From: Lepidodermella squamata
Taxonomy: Eukaryota; Animalia; Gastrotricha
Assembly: GCA_047495785.1 (NCBI GenBank)
Contig: JBLDXI010000018.1
Coordinates: 579,464 to 643,463, forward strand
DNA length: 64,000 nucleotides
Reading direction: 5' to 3'
Shown here in pieces: positions 1-10,128 of the stretch. The notes beneath the pieces were generated by a model that saw only the letters and a list, made by a program, of their open reading frames with translations, was not told the origin of the DNA and ran no database searches. Each line of letters starts with the position of its first letter. The stretch's first letter is position 1. The position numbers and the translations under genes were made by a program.

Positions 1-113
1 GCGCGATCCAACGGCGCCGTACTACACTTGGCTGAACACGGAGCCGTACGGCAGTAACGAAGCACTGCCGGATGGAATCGACGGACCGAAAATCTTTAAC
101 GGTTCTAGTACAT
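1..113 (+). CDS. Exon (partial): central part of CTLD #1
   Basis: Frame 2 is open (RDPTAPYYTWLNTEPYGSNEALPDGIDGPKIFNGSST). It ends T|GTAAGT at 114, phase 1, splitting a Cys codon. Confidence 0.72.
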
Positions 114-3100
114 GTAAGTTGCTTGTTGCAAGAAACTGTGCCTCAAGGAATATCATTTTTGCAGGCGGCGCAATGGCACCGGATGGCTCGCTCTACGCCG
201 TATCTTGCGCGACTTATGTGTCAGCTCTGTGTGAGCGTCCTTCGGGTGAGTTTTCTTCATGCTCACATCTTTATCTTTACTACTTGGGATGAACATTCTA
301 CATCCTTATGCAGTGGTTCTCAAGTAATTTCCCCACAGATGCACCAGTGTGCACGAAAGTTCTAATAATTCTAAAATTAAAAACTTCAGCCTCAGGGAAT
401 ATTCTATCGCTAAACACAGAGAAATGAAATCCCCTCCGATCTGAGACCGCCAATGACATTCACATAATGAGATTATTAAATACGATGGAATTCAGGCTTG
501 CTAATGATGATTTCGGTGTAAGAATTTCCGATTCCACCACGGCCTGCATCATATATCTCACACATGGTACATTAAATTAGCTTTTTTTGTTATTTCATCA
601 TGACGTGGAAATTATTTAAATGAATTGGCGAAGACAGACAAGTTTTTCGACATCACTTTGTAAATGTTTGAAAATATGGCGATATAAACTTTTATTTGCG
701 CCAATAATGTCAAAGGCAGTTTTGAAAAGCACATGCTCGTTCTCAAACTTGAGTCGTAGAAATTACCTAACGGCTGATTTTGTGAGGACAAGTTCAGGTG
801 GATCGAGGTAGAATTCGCGATTTACTAGTTCATTCCTGGCAGAGGTTGGAATTTGACAAATTTGTTTCACGAACTGGGTGTAAAATGAGGAAACTTTATT
901 CTTTTTTGTCTGGCCCCAGAGGCCACTGGCATAAGTGTAGTTGCCGATGACGTAGGAGTTGTGTAAAATATTAAATGTTCTCGGTGGAAGATAAGTAGTA
1001 AAATTCTCTATCATGTTCGGGATAAGTGCGGTTATACGTTTTGTATTCGCATTGATAAACTCCGCCATTTTGTCGAAATTCAAATTATGCGTGAAATAAA
1101 CGCCTAGGTATTTAAATTCTTTTACTCGTTCTATAGATTTACCGTTGAGGGTAAATTTGAGGTTGATATTTTCGGAAAAACGTTTCTCAAAATCATCATT
1201 TTGGTTTTCTCAACGTTAATTTTAAGGGAGTTGTCGTCACAGTAGGAAGCTAGTTCATCGAGTAACTTTTGTAAGTTTTCGGGGTTTTCGGCCATCAGGA
1301 CCAGGTCATCTGCGTATAGAATAGCGAGGATGACGTATTGGCCAAAAGTTAAGCCGGGGATCAGATTCATCAAAAAAGGTATCAGGTCGTTTATGATAAT
1401 GGAAAAGTTAATTTCTTAGTCGTTTTCAAGGAGGCTTGAAAATGTCGATGGAAACGACAAAGAGGCGAGAGCGACAATAGTGGTAACACAGCTCTTACGA
1501 CTTCGGCCATAACGTCATTTGGGGTGATTTGGGTCATTGGGGCCATTCGGACTCATGTTCATGTAAGCAGAAGAATTAGCATTACTCAAAAACTACCCGG
1601 CCAATGGCTATGAAAATTTGCAGCGAGTTAGGTGGAAAGACGACCCACACCTTTCATGACCTGAGAGTAAGTGGTTAGGAAGAAACGGGCTTACTTTTCA
1701 TGTGTAAGTTTAATTTAGTTTATCCACTGTTCTGCGTTGAATTATCAGGACCCGAAAGGAATTTTGCGAGACTTACGCCCAATTTTTCCCATGAACATTT
1801 AAAACGCCCCGATCCGACTCATACACTAGAAAAAATTAACCCCTGATCAGGGGTCAGCTGTTTAAACCATTTTGCTGATCAGGACGAAAAAGGGACAACC
1901 CCTGATAATCAACTGTCGCCAGCTGATAATCCATGTCATTTCAGGCTGATCAGCATGACTTTGCTGATCAGGGGTCAAAAGTGTGCATTCGCTAATTAAC
2001 CAAGCGTGCATATGCAAATTAGGCTGCATGTTCAATTCAGGCTTGCGTCGGAAGGTCCATATTTTCAAAAAATAGTATTGTTTCACACGCGAACTCTATT
2101 ACTTTACCTGTTAACTTAGCTATAGTCCTTCTCTCTCTAACAAGTGGCTCTACCAAGTGCCCTCATGAGACCCTGCCATGTTTAGGTAGTTGCCGAGTCC
2201 GGTGGCATAACACCGATGGCATGGATGGTACCAGGGTGGGCGGATCTTGATCAACCGGCTATTCAAAAAAATAATATACAAATAAAAATGAAAAAGGCTG
2301 CCATTTTTCTAAAAAAATCGAAATTTTACTAAATTTGCTGATCAGCAGCTGATCAGGGGCGCTACAGGTGATTATTATCAGCAAATATTGGAAGCAAAAT
2401 GACCCCTGATCAGGGTGAGCTGATTAGGGTTCATTTCAATATAACCCCTGATCAGGGTGCATATTACCCCCTGATCAGCTATAGTAATGACTAGGAGCTA
2501 TGACCCCTGATCAGCCCCCTGATCAGGGGTTATTTTTTTCAAGTGTACTTTCGTCTAAGCGCCAACAAGCCTAGCGTCATACTTTCGTCCTTTCGAAAAC
2601 TGGGAAAACGAATGCCCTGCCCTGCATGGTGGGGGTACGCTCACACGTCTACAACCGCTTCTGCCGGGGCACACCTCAGCGGCGATCGAGTTTCAAATCC
2701 TCGAGCCCAGTAGACATACGCGAGGGTAGTTTAGGGGTGAATCCAAATGCCACTTCTAATTTCGGACTACGCCTAAGTACGGGTCCCTAATTTCGGACAT
2801 ATCAAGGCAAGCTTCAACCCAGTCAAATTTGGTGTCGTTCAAAAGCCAACGATGAGCTGATGACGAATATCATTGTTTAGGTTTGTTTATCTGAGTTTCA
2901 CTCATTCATGTCACCTTGAAACTCACACAAATACGCCTATATTATACTTTTTCGGCAAAACTATCGATATTCGTCATCAATCATCAACTCATGGAGGGCT
3001 TTCGAACGACACCAAATTTGACTAGGTTGAAGTTTACCTGAGGTTGAACAAAGGAGATGAAATTGTTGAGCCTTTTATTATTTACAATGAACGACTGGAA

Positions 3101-6100
3101 GAAGTTAGTAGCTTCACATATTTAGGTAGTATAATTACCTCAGATGGAGCTTCAAAAAGCGACATCAGGGCCAGAATAGAGAAAAGCTGCAAAGCTTTCG
3201 GTGCCTTGAAAAAATATATTTTTGGAAATAAATCTATTCCTATTAGCGTAAAAATGAAGTGTCTTCGAGGTACAGTAGAACCGGTTGCGAAATTTGGGGG
3301 TGAAAATTGGACGATGACCAGTGAGGATGAACGGCGACTGAACGTTTGTCAGATGCGATGCCTACGTAGCATTTGCGGTGTCACTCTGAGAGACAGAGTT
3401 AGGAATGATTATATTAGAGAGAAATGTGAAACTCAAAAATTATCTTCGATAGTAGCAAGACATCAACTTAGGTGGTACGGCCATGTTGCTCGCATGGACC
3501 CCGAACGGCTAACCCACCGAGTACGGTATTGGAACGTGCCGGAGGGTTGGAAACGGCCTAGAGGCAGACCTAAGCTAAGGTGGCTCGACTGTATTAAGAA
3601 AAATTTGGGGCGGGTGGGAATTCAAAATTTAGAGGATGCAGATGATCTAGCGAAGGACAGAAATGAGTGGAGGCTGAAAATTCATAGTCTGGGGTGATGA
3701 ATATGATTCTTCTCGAGGGTTTTTGCATATTTTGTATTACTGATGAAAAATGATTTCGGGTTGACTAGGATCGGTCCCCTAGACTGGTCCTCCTCCGACA
3801 CGCGCTCTGCTTGCCAGGTCACCACCGTGACCTGTCCGGCAGGGTGTGTACACCGGAGTGATTCAGCACAACTGTCTGAATTTGAGCACTGTCCGAAATT
3901 AGAGCGGTTCACTCTAATATGCTGGATTGATAAGCCGCGTAAGCCGGTCAACATGCCGATCGAAGTGGGAATTTCTAATTCTACTATCCAAAATTAGCTA
4001 GGAATTTGCGGCGGTTAAAACACAGTTGGTTAAACCGCATTTTGAAATGACCGGTTAAAACTCGGCTAAAACCGGCTAGTTAAAACCGCGGTTATAACTT
4101 ATCACCGTACACCACATTGGTTGTGCGATATTGTTATAACGATATCTTGGATGCATCCCAAGCCCAATCGTGGCCCGTGCATTTAGTTTTGTTCATGAAA
4201 TAGCAATACCAACAGCTCTCTCGTTATTTTATCATTTCCTACGTCATCAATTCGCTTGGGATTTCAGTCACGATTCAAAACAAGAGCTAACCGACGTGTT
4301 TTCGTTACAGCAACTTGCGACCCACCCTGCCAAAATGGTGGTTCGTGTTTCGACACAAACGTCTGCACGTGCACCGTCCTCTACACAGGCTCGACGTGCG
4401 AAAAAGGTAATTCGGCGAACTTCACTATCATGTTTACATCGTACTTATCACTTGCACAAAATGCAATACGAATATAGATAAGTGGTTTGTCGCATCAGGC
4501 GGTCCGAAGCCTTACATCGAGGCTATACGAGCATGTCAGGCCGAAGGTGGCCAACCTGCGACCTACCAAGACGAAGTGGGTGATGTAGGCGGACAGCAAA
4601 GTTTCTGGTATGCAGCTGCAGGATCCTTCATTTTCGGTGACGGCCAATTACTGGACTGGGGCCTGAAGCCGGTGAGCTGGTTCCCCGGCGAACCGAAAAA
4701 TGACGGAGCGTGTAAGTTGCCCACCAGGGATCGCAAATTCTCGCTAATAACGAATTTTTACGCGACCGCATGTGCATCGCCTTGTTTGTAGGGTACGAAT
4801 AATTGTTACAGGGTGCTCCAAAAGTCCTTGTAGGTCGGTACGTTAATAACACTATTTAATTCTTTAGAAAATTCAAGATTCCTCTAATAAGATTGTAAAC
4901 GCCCCCAAATAGTAATTCGACCATGCGGAAAAGGAAAAAATATATTTGGGTTGATAAAACCCATTGGTACCTCTCGACGTAACGATCAAACCAGCCTTCC
5001 AAGCTTCGAAAGCCTTTCCACCCTAATTAGCCCGAAAACATAGGGAAATTGTACATTTGATCGATTATTTTGAATTCTATTCATTGCAGAACTATATGGG
5101 CTGCAATTATTTACCAAATTGCGAAAAATGACTAGTCCAACGTTACGCAATCGAGCGTAATAGACTTGACGCCACCTTCGAACGATTGCGCAATGTTCAA
5201 CAGTCATACGCACCGTTATCCTTTGAAAGCCTGGGGTGTCCGTATTTTTAGTCAAAATTACATGTCAAAATGATCGCGGAATAGTAAGGAATCCAAATCT
5301 ATGCCAACTATAACTCTATTCACTACAACCATGATGCAATACAAGCATTTGTTACCTACAAGGACTTTTGGAGCACCCGGTATATGAATAAATTAACTCG
5401 TAGCGTAGCCGATTGCATTGAGTTGCAGCGGGACCTGGACAAAATCATCGAATGGTTTGGAGAAAACGGTCCATCCGTGAATTCAAAGAAGTGTGTCGTG
5501 CTTTGGCTTGGCAGCAGAGATCTCTCCTTTAAATTCAGGATAAAAGGTGTCGAACTAAATGTTGTTGAATCTGTGAAGGATCTTGGCATTATTGTGGACA
5601 AGGATTTGAATTTTTCTGAGCATTGTGAAGCACTCGCATTAACCCTTTCACGGCAGAATTTTTTCAGCCAAGCAAAAAATCGAATTTTTGAATTTTCAGG
5701 CAAATGAAGAAAATAGTCGGAAAATCGACAACAGAATGTCAAACTAGGCACTTGGCGCACCAGGTTCTAATTTCGCTGAAAATTTTAATCACCCTAGTTT
5801 TTTTTAATATAGATTCATCCGGATGAATTCATAGGATTCGTCGGCCAGGTTACCGTTTTGCCATGTTTGCATAAAAAGTCATAAAAACGGAATAGGTAGT
5901 TCATGTGACCCTGCCGGACACGGCTGTCAAGTCAGATCTGAGAGAAAAGGTTTTTGAGATGTCGATTTCTTCGATTGAAAAAATATAAAAAACACACATC
6001 GGTTTGAAATTTTGAAATTCGTCGCTTTCCTAGAAGCAAATATAATAATAATAGTTTTATTTAGCCTCTCCTAGACTGCACGTCATTATACCGTTTCCAG

Positions 6101-9100
6101 TTTTGAAGAGGGCGAAGGCAGGCAAAGATTGAAAATTAATCCTTACCCACCCCCACAGTTGAAGATTCTGCTTTTCCCGAAAAATTCATAATTATCAATC
6201 GAGTTAACAATCATGCGCCATTCATCTTTTTCAATCTTTGTAAATTGTAAATTGTAATTGTAAATCAGGAATAATTTTAGTTTCAAATTTATTTTCGCCC
6301 AGTTTTTTCTTATCACCTTTTTTCTTAGTAACCTTATCCTTTTTGTCTTTCTTAATGTTAGATTTCTTTTTCCGGCGTATTTCCTTAGTGAGTCCTACTT
6401 TAATCAAACTCCTAGAAGCAACGGAATAATGAAATTCGAGTTCCAGATTCTTGTAGGCAAAAGTAGTACGGTATGAAAGGAGAGCCAAAAATTCGACAAA
6501 TTACCCGAGCTGCAATGCAAACATGCAAAGTCAAAATTCCGAAATCGTCCTTGTGGCCATGAAAGGGTTAAAGTGCCATCGTATGAACGGCCTAATCTGT
6601 AAATTTAGTTCCAAATCCCTTCGCCTCCAGGCTTATAAGACCTACACAATGTCAAGACTCGACTACTGCCCTTCTGTGTAGTCGCCATATCTGCTCAAGG
6701 ATATTCATGCATTAGAATCTGTACAAGCCCATTTCACAAAAAGATTATCATACCGCAGCTCATACTACTCGACAATTGAAGGTGCCTCATATGAAGAAAG
6801 ACTTCGGAAATTAGGAATTTTATCCTTAGAGATGCGTCGTTTTCCGCGCGATCTAGCTCTCTGCCATAAGCTTTATCTGAATATGGTGGACGAACAATTT
6901 TCTCGTTTCTTCACTATATCGAAAAACGGTCGCTTGCCAAATCATGCGGTTGTCATGGAAAAGTTCAGAAAAATGAACTATCAATACTCATTTGTGCGAC
7001 GTGTGCGTGCGGCGTGGAATTCTGTACCCTCTGAGGTCGTAAATAGCTCTCATTTTAATTTCTTGAAATATACTAGAAGCAATGCCTGCGAACTAGAACA
7101 ATATACTATATCGGTGGTGAGGCGCCTCGACCCTTTTTAATTGCTAAACGTCGCAAGACAAATTGCAACAATAAATCAGTGTATCAGTGTATGTCTTGAC
7201 CATTTGTGTTTTGAATTCAGGCTTGGCGCTGCGCATCGATTCAGCATCAAATTACGGCTATAACGACGTTGACTGTACGACATTTACACTGCTGGATATC
7301 TACTGCGAAGATCCAAGCTCGGTATTTCTGTGCAATTATATATAAACAACCTGATCAACTTGTGCTATCAGGGCGGGGTGACGTTGCTTAGCAGTGGCAC
7401 GGCCAAGTCGTGGACGGATGCAGACACGCTGTGTAAAGCTGCGTCCAAAATCCTTCCTATCGCCGCGGATGCGACGTCCATGTCGACTCTCGCAGCCACG
7501 TACCTATCTGCTGGTAACATTTTTTTAAACGCAAAGATGCGAGAATACCTGATTCACGACTATCTAATTGGCGACACGATCCCGGCTAGAAACCCAGATA
7601 CTACTAACCAGTGTAAGTTTCAGTTAAATATAAAACATTCCTTTTCATGAACCCCTAAACAATACGTGCGTTAAATTGTAGCCTCGATTCGCAGTGTCAC
7701 AGTCTAACTAATTTTTCGGAGGGGTCAGGTGGTCGCTGACGATCGAAATACTGGAAAGGTTCCAGCTTGTTAAGCATACTTTAATGTATACTACACCACC
7801 TGTTGATCGCCTGACTCTTTGCATTAGCGTCCCAAAAATGATAAAGTGCTAGGAAGTTGTTATTTCACAGGCTGGTGGCACCTGTGTTTGCTGAGGCGCC
7901 AGATTGTTACTAAAAATAAAGATCGTTAAAGTGGATAAAATTTATCGTAACTGAAATGTTGAGCTCGATAAGTAATTTAGATGGGGTCATAAAACCGATA
8001 AGTAATTTAGACGCTGCTGTCGTAAACCTGATAAGTAATTTAGATTGAGTCGTAAATCTGATAAGTTGTAAAATTTATCATTTTGAAATTTATCAAATTT
8101 AGCGGGAATAGGGTTGAAAACAGGAAAATTATGTCGACATGGGCCGCAAGGCCTAGTGAATTCGGCGAGGTGAAACCGAGCCATTTTCTGAGGCCCAGCC
8201 GAGGAAAATTCGAAGTCATGACCGAGGCGCAGCCGAGGTTGACAGATTTGAAGTATTCATCCGGAACGTCTTAGTCACACTCGAAATCTTGATGAATCTT
8301 CGCTGTAAATTTTTTAATTGACATTATTATTAATATTCTTGCAGATCCCTAAGCGCAGCTTCTTTCCTATTTTTCTTATTCTGAGAACGCTTAGCCTGAG
8401 TCATTTGTTTAGGTAGTGTTTAGTCCGGGAAATTGATGTTGCATCGACCAACAATTTTGCAATTGAATGAAGAAACAAATAATCTTCGAAATGCGCAAGC
8501 AGCATCAGGTGTTGTTTTTCAACCTGATGTTACCCTACAAACATAATTTTGGCGACAATTGTTGGTGAATTTGGTAAATACTGCAACTTCACCTGATACT
8601 CAGCAAACATTTTAAATCGTCAAACGATCCACATCTGGTGTGGTATACGAATTGTTATGCATCCTCGCTCTCTGCTTTTCTGGCTTAAATCGCTGTATAC
8701 ATATGTAAGTAGCTCGCAGAGGCAGGAATTGACAATGATAAGAACAAGCAGGGCAAAATTGACTCGGTATCAGAATATAAACTAATTTTGATTTTAATTA
8801 TTTTGTTATGTATTTAGTATTCATGTTCTGGATTTTAATAATGAGATTGATTTTTCCGGCATCTAAATTGTAGGAAGTTTCTAAATAAATTGTCACTACC
8901 TTTGTTAGTAAAGGAGGGTGGCTCACCATCATTGCCTGGTCGCCGTCGACGGAATGATCGAAATTTGCACGGAATCACATCGTTTTTCTCTGCACCAGGC
9001 AAAGCCTAGAAGGCTGAAATTCAGATGAAAAAAGCCTACACAGTTTCGAGATATTAAGGTGGATTTTAATTACCTGGGGATTTTTTAGGCGAAATTCCTT

Positions 9101-9802
9101 CTTTAAAGTTGAATTAGAAATCCCCTGCCGTTTCTGCGGGGCTCATAATCTAAGTGTGTGCAATCAGAGGAGTTTATCTCACTACTAGCTTTTTTCTTCG
9201 AAATTCCAAGGAGTAATGATTACGCAACACTGCTATACAGTGTGCAAACAATAGATTTTTCAATATTGATTTTCTCGACATCGAAGCCGAATTGCACGAC
9301 GGGGTATGTTCCATTATGACCGTCAAAAGCTGCCAGATTGTTTCATCTTTTTCCAAGAATTTATGGATATGCTTTTCGTTCAAATTTACAATGGCCGATC
9401 CACGGTACAAAGTTCATAATTAAATTTTAATGCGAAGTGTGTGAGTGTCCGATCTGTAACATTATTGTCTAGCTATGGTTGGTTGGCTCGAGCTTTTGGT
9501 TTTCAAAAATTGTCACCGCCGAAAATGAGTAAACACGGATCTAGAGAGGTGTTAATACATTTGTTTACAAAAAAGTTCACGAGTCAACTCATTCGGTCTA
9601 GCAGGAGTTGGTCCGGTATTTAGAGGGTTAATAATCATAATCATAATCTGCTGCTTTCTGTAGCATGAAGGAGTGGCCGGTCATTTACAGTCATTTACTT
9701 TGCATTTGTTTTAAAGGTATGGACTCAATAGGAATGATTATGGAATGCAATCGCACTCTACCAATCGTATGCGTTCGCCTGCCAGGCCTCGAGGAACTCT
9801 AA
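1..9802 (+). CDS. Spliced gene, 5'-partial (begins upstream of window): C-type lectin-like/EGF multidomain protein (CTLD-EGF-CTLD-CTLD). Exons <1-113, 165-245, 4311-4406, 4478-4711, 7221-7321, 7372-7612, 9717-9802
   Basis: All six introns are GT..AG with matching phases (1,1,1,1,0,1). The joined exons give one stop-free frame: ...YYTWLNTEPY...SSTCGAMAPDGSLYAVSCATYVSALCERPS-ATCDPPCQNGGSCFDTNVCTCTVLYTGSTCEK-DKWFVASGGPKPYIEAIRACQAEGG...WFPGEPKNDGACLALRIDSASNYGYNDVDCTTFTLLDIYCEDPSS-GGVT...KSWTDADTLC...NQCMDSIGMIMECNRTLPIVCVRLPGLEEL*. Manual model, no transcript evidence. Confidence 0.8.
165..245 (+). CDS. Exon: C-terminal part of CTLD #1
   Basis: Acceptor TTTTTGCAG (164), 51-nt intron upstream; (C)GAMAPDGSLYAVSCATYVSALCERPS with the C-x7-C-E end typical of CTLDs; donor G|GTGAGT at 246. 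Confidence 0.78.
600..1410 (-). mobile_element. Degraded, 5'-truncated non-LTR retrotransposon (LINE ORF2, RT C-terminal half)
   Basis: Minus-strand peptides FSIIINDL, ILYADDLVL (RT catalytic YADD), SLKINVEKTKMMI, EFKYLGVYF, YASGLWG; frameshifted between ORFs 1131-1373 and 763-1083. May extend to ~255. Confidence 0.9.
1824..2545. mobile_element. Non-autonomous DNA transposon/MITE (722 bp) with CACT termini (CMC/CACTA-like), TA target duplication
   Basis: 30-bp TIRs, 28/30 identical (CACTAGAAAAAATTAACCCCTGATCAGGGG vs CACTTGAAAAAAATAACCCCTGATCAGGGG); TA at 1822-23 and 2546-47; about ten subterminal CTGATCAG palindromes. Superfamily assignment is tentative. Confidence 0.88.
2803..3041. mobile_element. 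Foldback/MITE-like element (~240 bp) with ~70-bp imperfect inverted arms
   Basis: Left arm CTTCAACCCAGTCAAATTTGGTGTCGTTCAAAAGCC...TGATGACGAATATC pairs with right arm GATATTCGTCATCA...GGCTTTCGAACGACACCAAATTTGACTAGGTTGAAG. No clear TSD. Confidence 0.7.
3044..3710 (+). mobile_element. 5'-truncated RTE-clade LINE, ORF2 C-terminus (217 aa open frame)
   Basis: LEEVSSFTYLGS, IRARIEK..AFGAL, ENWT, MRCLRSICGVTLRDRVRN, LRWYGHVARM and RPRGRPKLRWLD are hallmark RTE post-RT motifs; very short 3' UTR. Confidence 0.93.
4311..4406 (+). CDS. Exon: EGF-like domain
   Basis: Branch-like CTAAC then TTTTCGTTACAG acceptor; TCDPPCQNGGSCFDTNVCTCTVLYTGSTCEK has the six-Cys EGF pattern; symmetric phase 1-1 exon; donor G|GTAATT at 4407. 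Confidence 0.92.
4478..4711 (+). CDS. Exon: N-terminal/central part of CTLD #2
   Basis: In frame after a 71-nt intron: KPYIEAIRACQAEGG...SFW...WFPGEPKNDGA (canonical CTLD W-x-P-G-E-P motif); donor T|GTAAGT at 4712. Confidence 0.88.
4809..5380. mobile_element. Tc1/mariner-type MITE (572 bp), TA TSD
   Basis: 27-bp TIRs, 26/27 identical (CAGGGTGCTCCAAAAGTCCTTGTAGGT at 4809-4835; inverse at 5354-5380), TA at 4807-08 and 5381-82; no transposase ORF. Confidence 0.9.
5386..5642 (+). mobile_element. CR1-like LINE fragment, 5' piece (RT C-terminal region)
   Basis: DCIELQRDLDKIIEW..NSKKCVVL..VKDLGIIVDKDLNFSEHC, typical of the CR1/L2 group; interrupted at TTAA. Confidence 0.9.
5643..6567. mobile_element. 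piggyBac-type non-autonomous element (925 bp) inserted in the CR1
   Basis: TTAA TSDs at 5639-42 and 6568-71; termini CCCTTTCACGGC / GCCATGAAAGGG (11/12); removal restores the CR1 frame (A-L-K-C-H-R). Confidence 0.9.
6572..7192 (+). mobile_element. CR1-like LINE fragment, 3' piece and tail
   Basis: AYKTYTMSRLDYCPSV*SPYLLKDIHALESVQAHFTKR..YEERLRKLGILSLEMRR..DL..FVRRVRAAWNSVP; one TAG at 6679 in place of the conserved W; ends with AATAAA and (TCAGTGTA)2. Confidence 0.9.
7221..7321 (+). CDS. Exon: C-terminal part of CTLD #2
   Basis: Acceptor TTTTGAATTCAG; (C)LALRIDSASNYGYNDVDCTTFTLLDIYCEDPSS has YND at the WND position and terminal YCE; donor GTATTT at 7322. Confidence 0.88.
7372..7612 (+). CDS. 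Exon: N-terminal/central part of divergent CTLD #3
   Basis: After a 50-nt phase-0 intron; KSWTDADTLCKAASKILP matches the CTLD helix-1 motif (sW.dA...C); donor T|GTAAGT at 7613. Confidence 0.8.
7967..8068. repeat. Short minisatellite, 4 units of 30-33 bp (core GATAAGTAATTTAGA)
   Basis: Cores at 7967, 7997, 8030 and 8060; probably internal to an unclassified MITE. Confidence 0.65.
9717..9802 (+). CDS. Probable terminal exon: end of CTLD #3 and stop
   Basis: Pyrimidine-rich acceptor TTTGCATTTGTTTTAAAG; completes the split Cys codon (T|GT); CMDSIGMIMECNRTLPIVC gives the C-x7-C ending; TAA at 9800-9802; AATAAA ~190 nt downstream. Alternative acceptors (7870, 9888) give no CTLD-like peptide. Confidence 0.6.
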
Positions 9803-9991
9803 ATGAAGCTTTCCGCTCCTTTGTCAGGCTGCTATGTTGACATCATATAGCTCCTTTGCTAAATGACGCTTAAACTTTTTTATATTAGGCGGCGTGTGGC
9901 TTTGCCTAACGGCACAAAACAAGTGACGTGTTACACTTAAACTATGATAGCTAACGACACACTACGACATGGATTTAAGCTCTGCGCAAAT

Positions 9992-10002
9992 AATAAAATA
10001 AA
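9992..10002 (+). terminator. Candidate polyadenylation signal (two overlapping AATAAA)
   Basis: AATAAAATAAA downstream of the predicted stop codon. Confidence 0.45.
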
Positions 10003-10128
10003 TTTATGGTTTAGAATTACCAAAAACTATGCATGCAGGATTGCATTCGTATTGCAGGAAAAGAGAATGCGCGGTCACGTGGCATGACTAGCTAGATCTG
10101 AGGCAGTACTTTTCCTCCTTTTCGAAAC

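Noticed and set aside
72-365. ORF 72-365 and other short ORFs in 1-10 kb (3682-3997, 4170-4481, 8083-8274, 9174-9623)
   Set aside because: Off-frame or antisense to real exons and TEs, or featureless; no recognisable domains.
2855-2925. CTGATGA...GAAA suggestive of a hammerhead ribozyme
   Set aside because: No stem II or flanking helices could be built; the motif lies in a foldback arm.
2750-3917. Possible old pogo/Tc1-like MITE (CTAATTTCGGAC ... GTCCGAAATTAG) enclosing the foldback and RTE
   Set aside because: Only 12-13 bp of inverted match; left terminus and TSD not identifiable.
4008-4110. Clustered GGTTAAAA/AAAACCG motifs; also CCGAGG-rich motifs at 8140-8240 and AGAGGGTTAA at 9622-9631
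   Set aside because: Probably MITE remnants, but no paired termini or TSDs could be defined; not telomeric repeats.
6231-6488. Lys-rich minus-strand ORF inside the piggyBac-type element
   Set aside because: Low-complexity consequence of T-rich DNA; no transposase motif.
7871-7929. Alternative exon after TTTCACAG (CWWHLCLL... or AGGTCVC*)
   Set aside because: The phase-compatible frame gives no CTLD-like ending; 9717-9802 fits better. Not excluded without RNA data.
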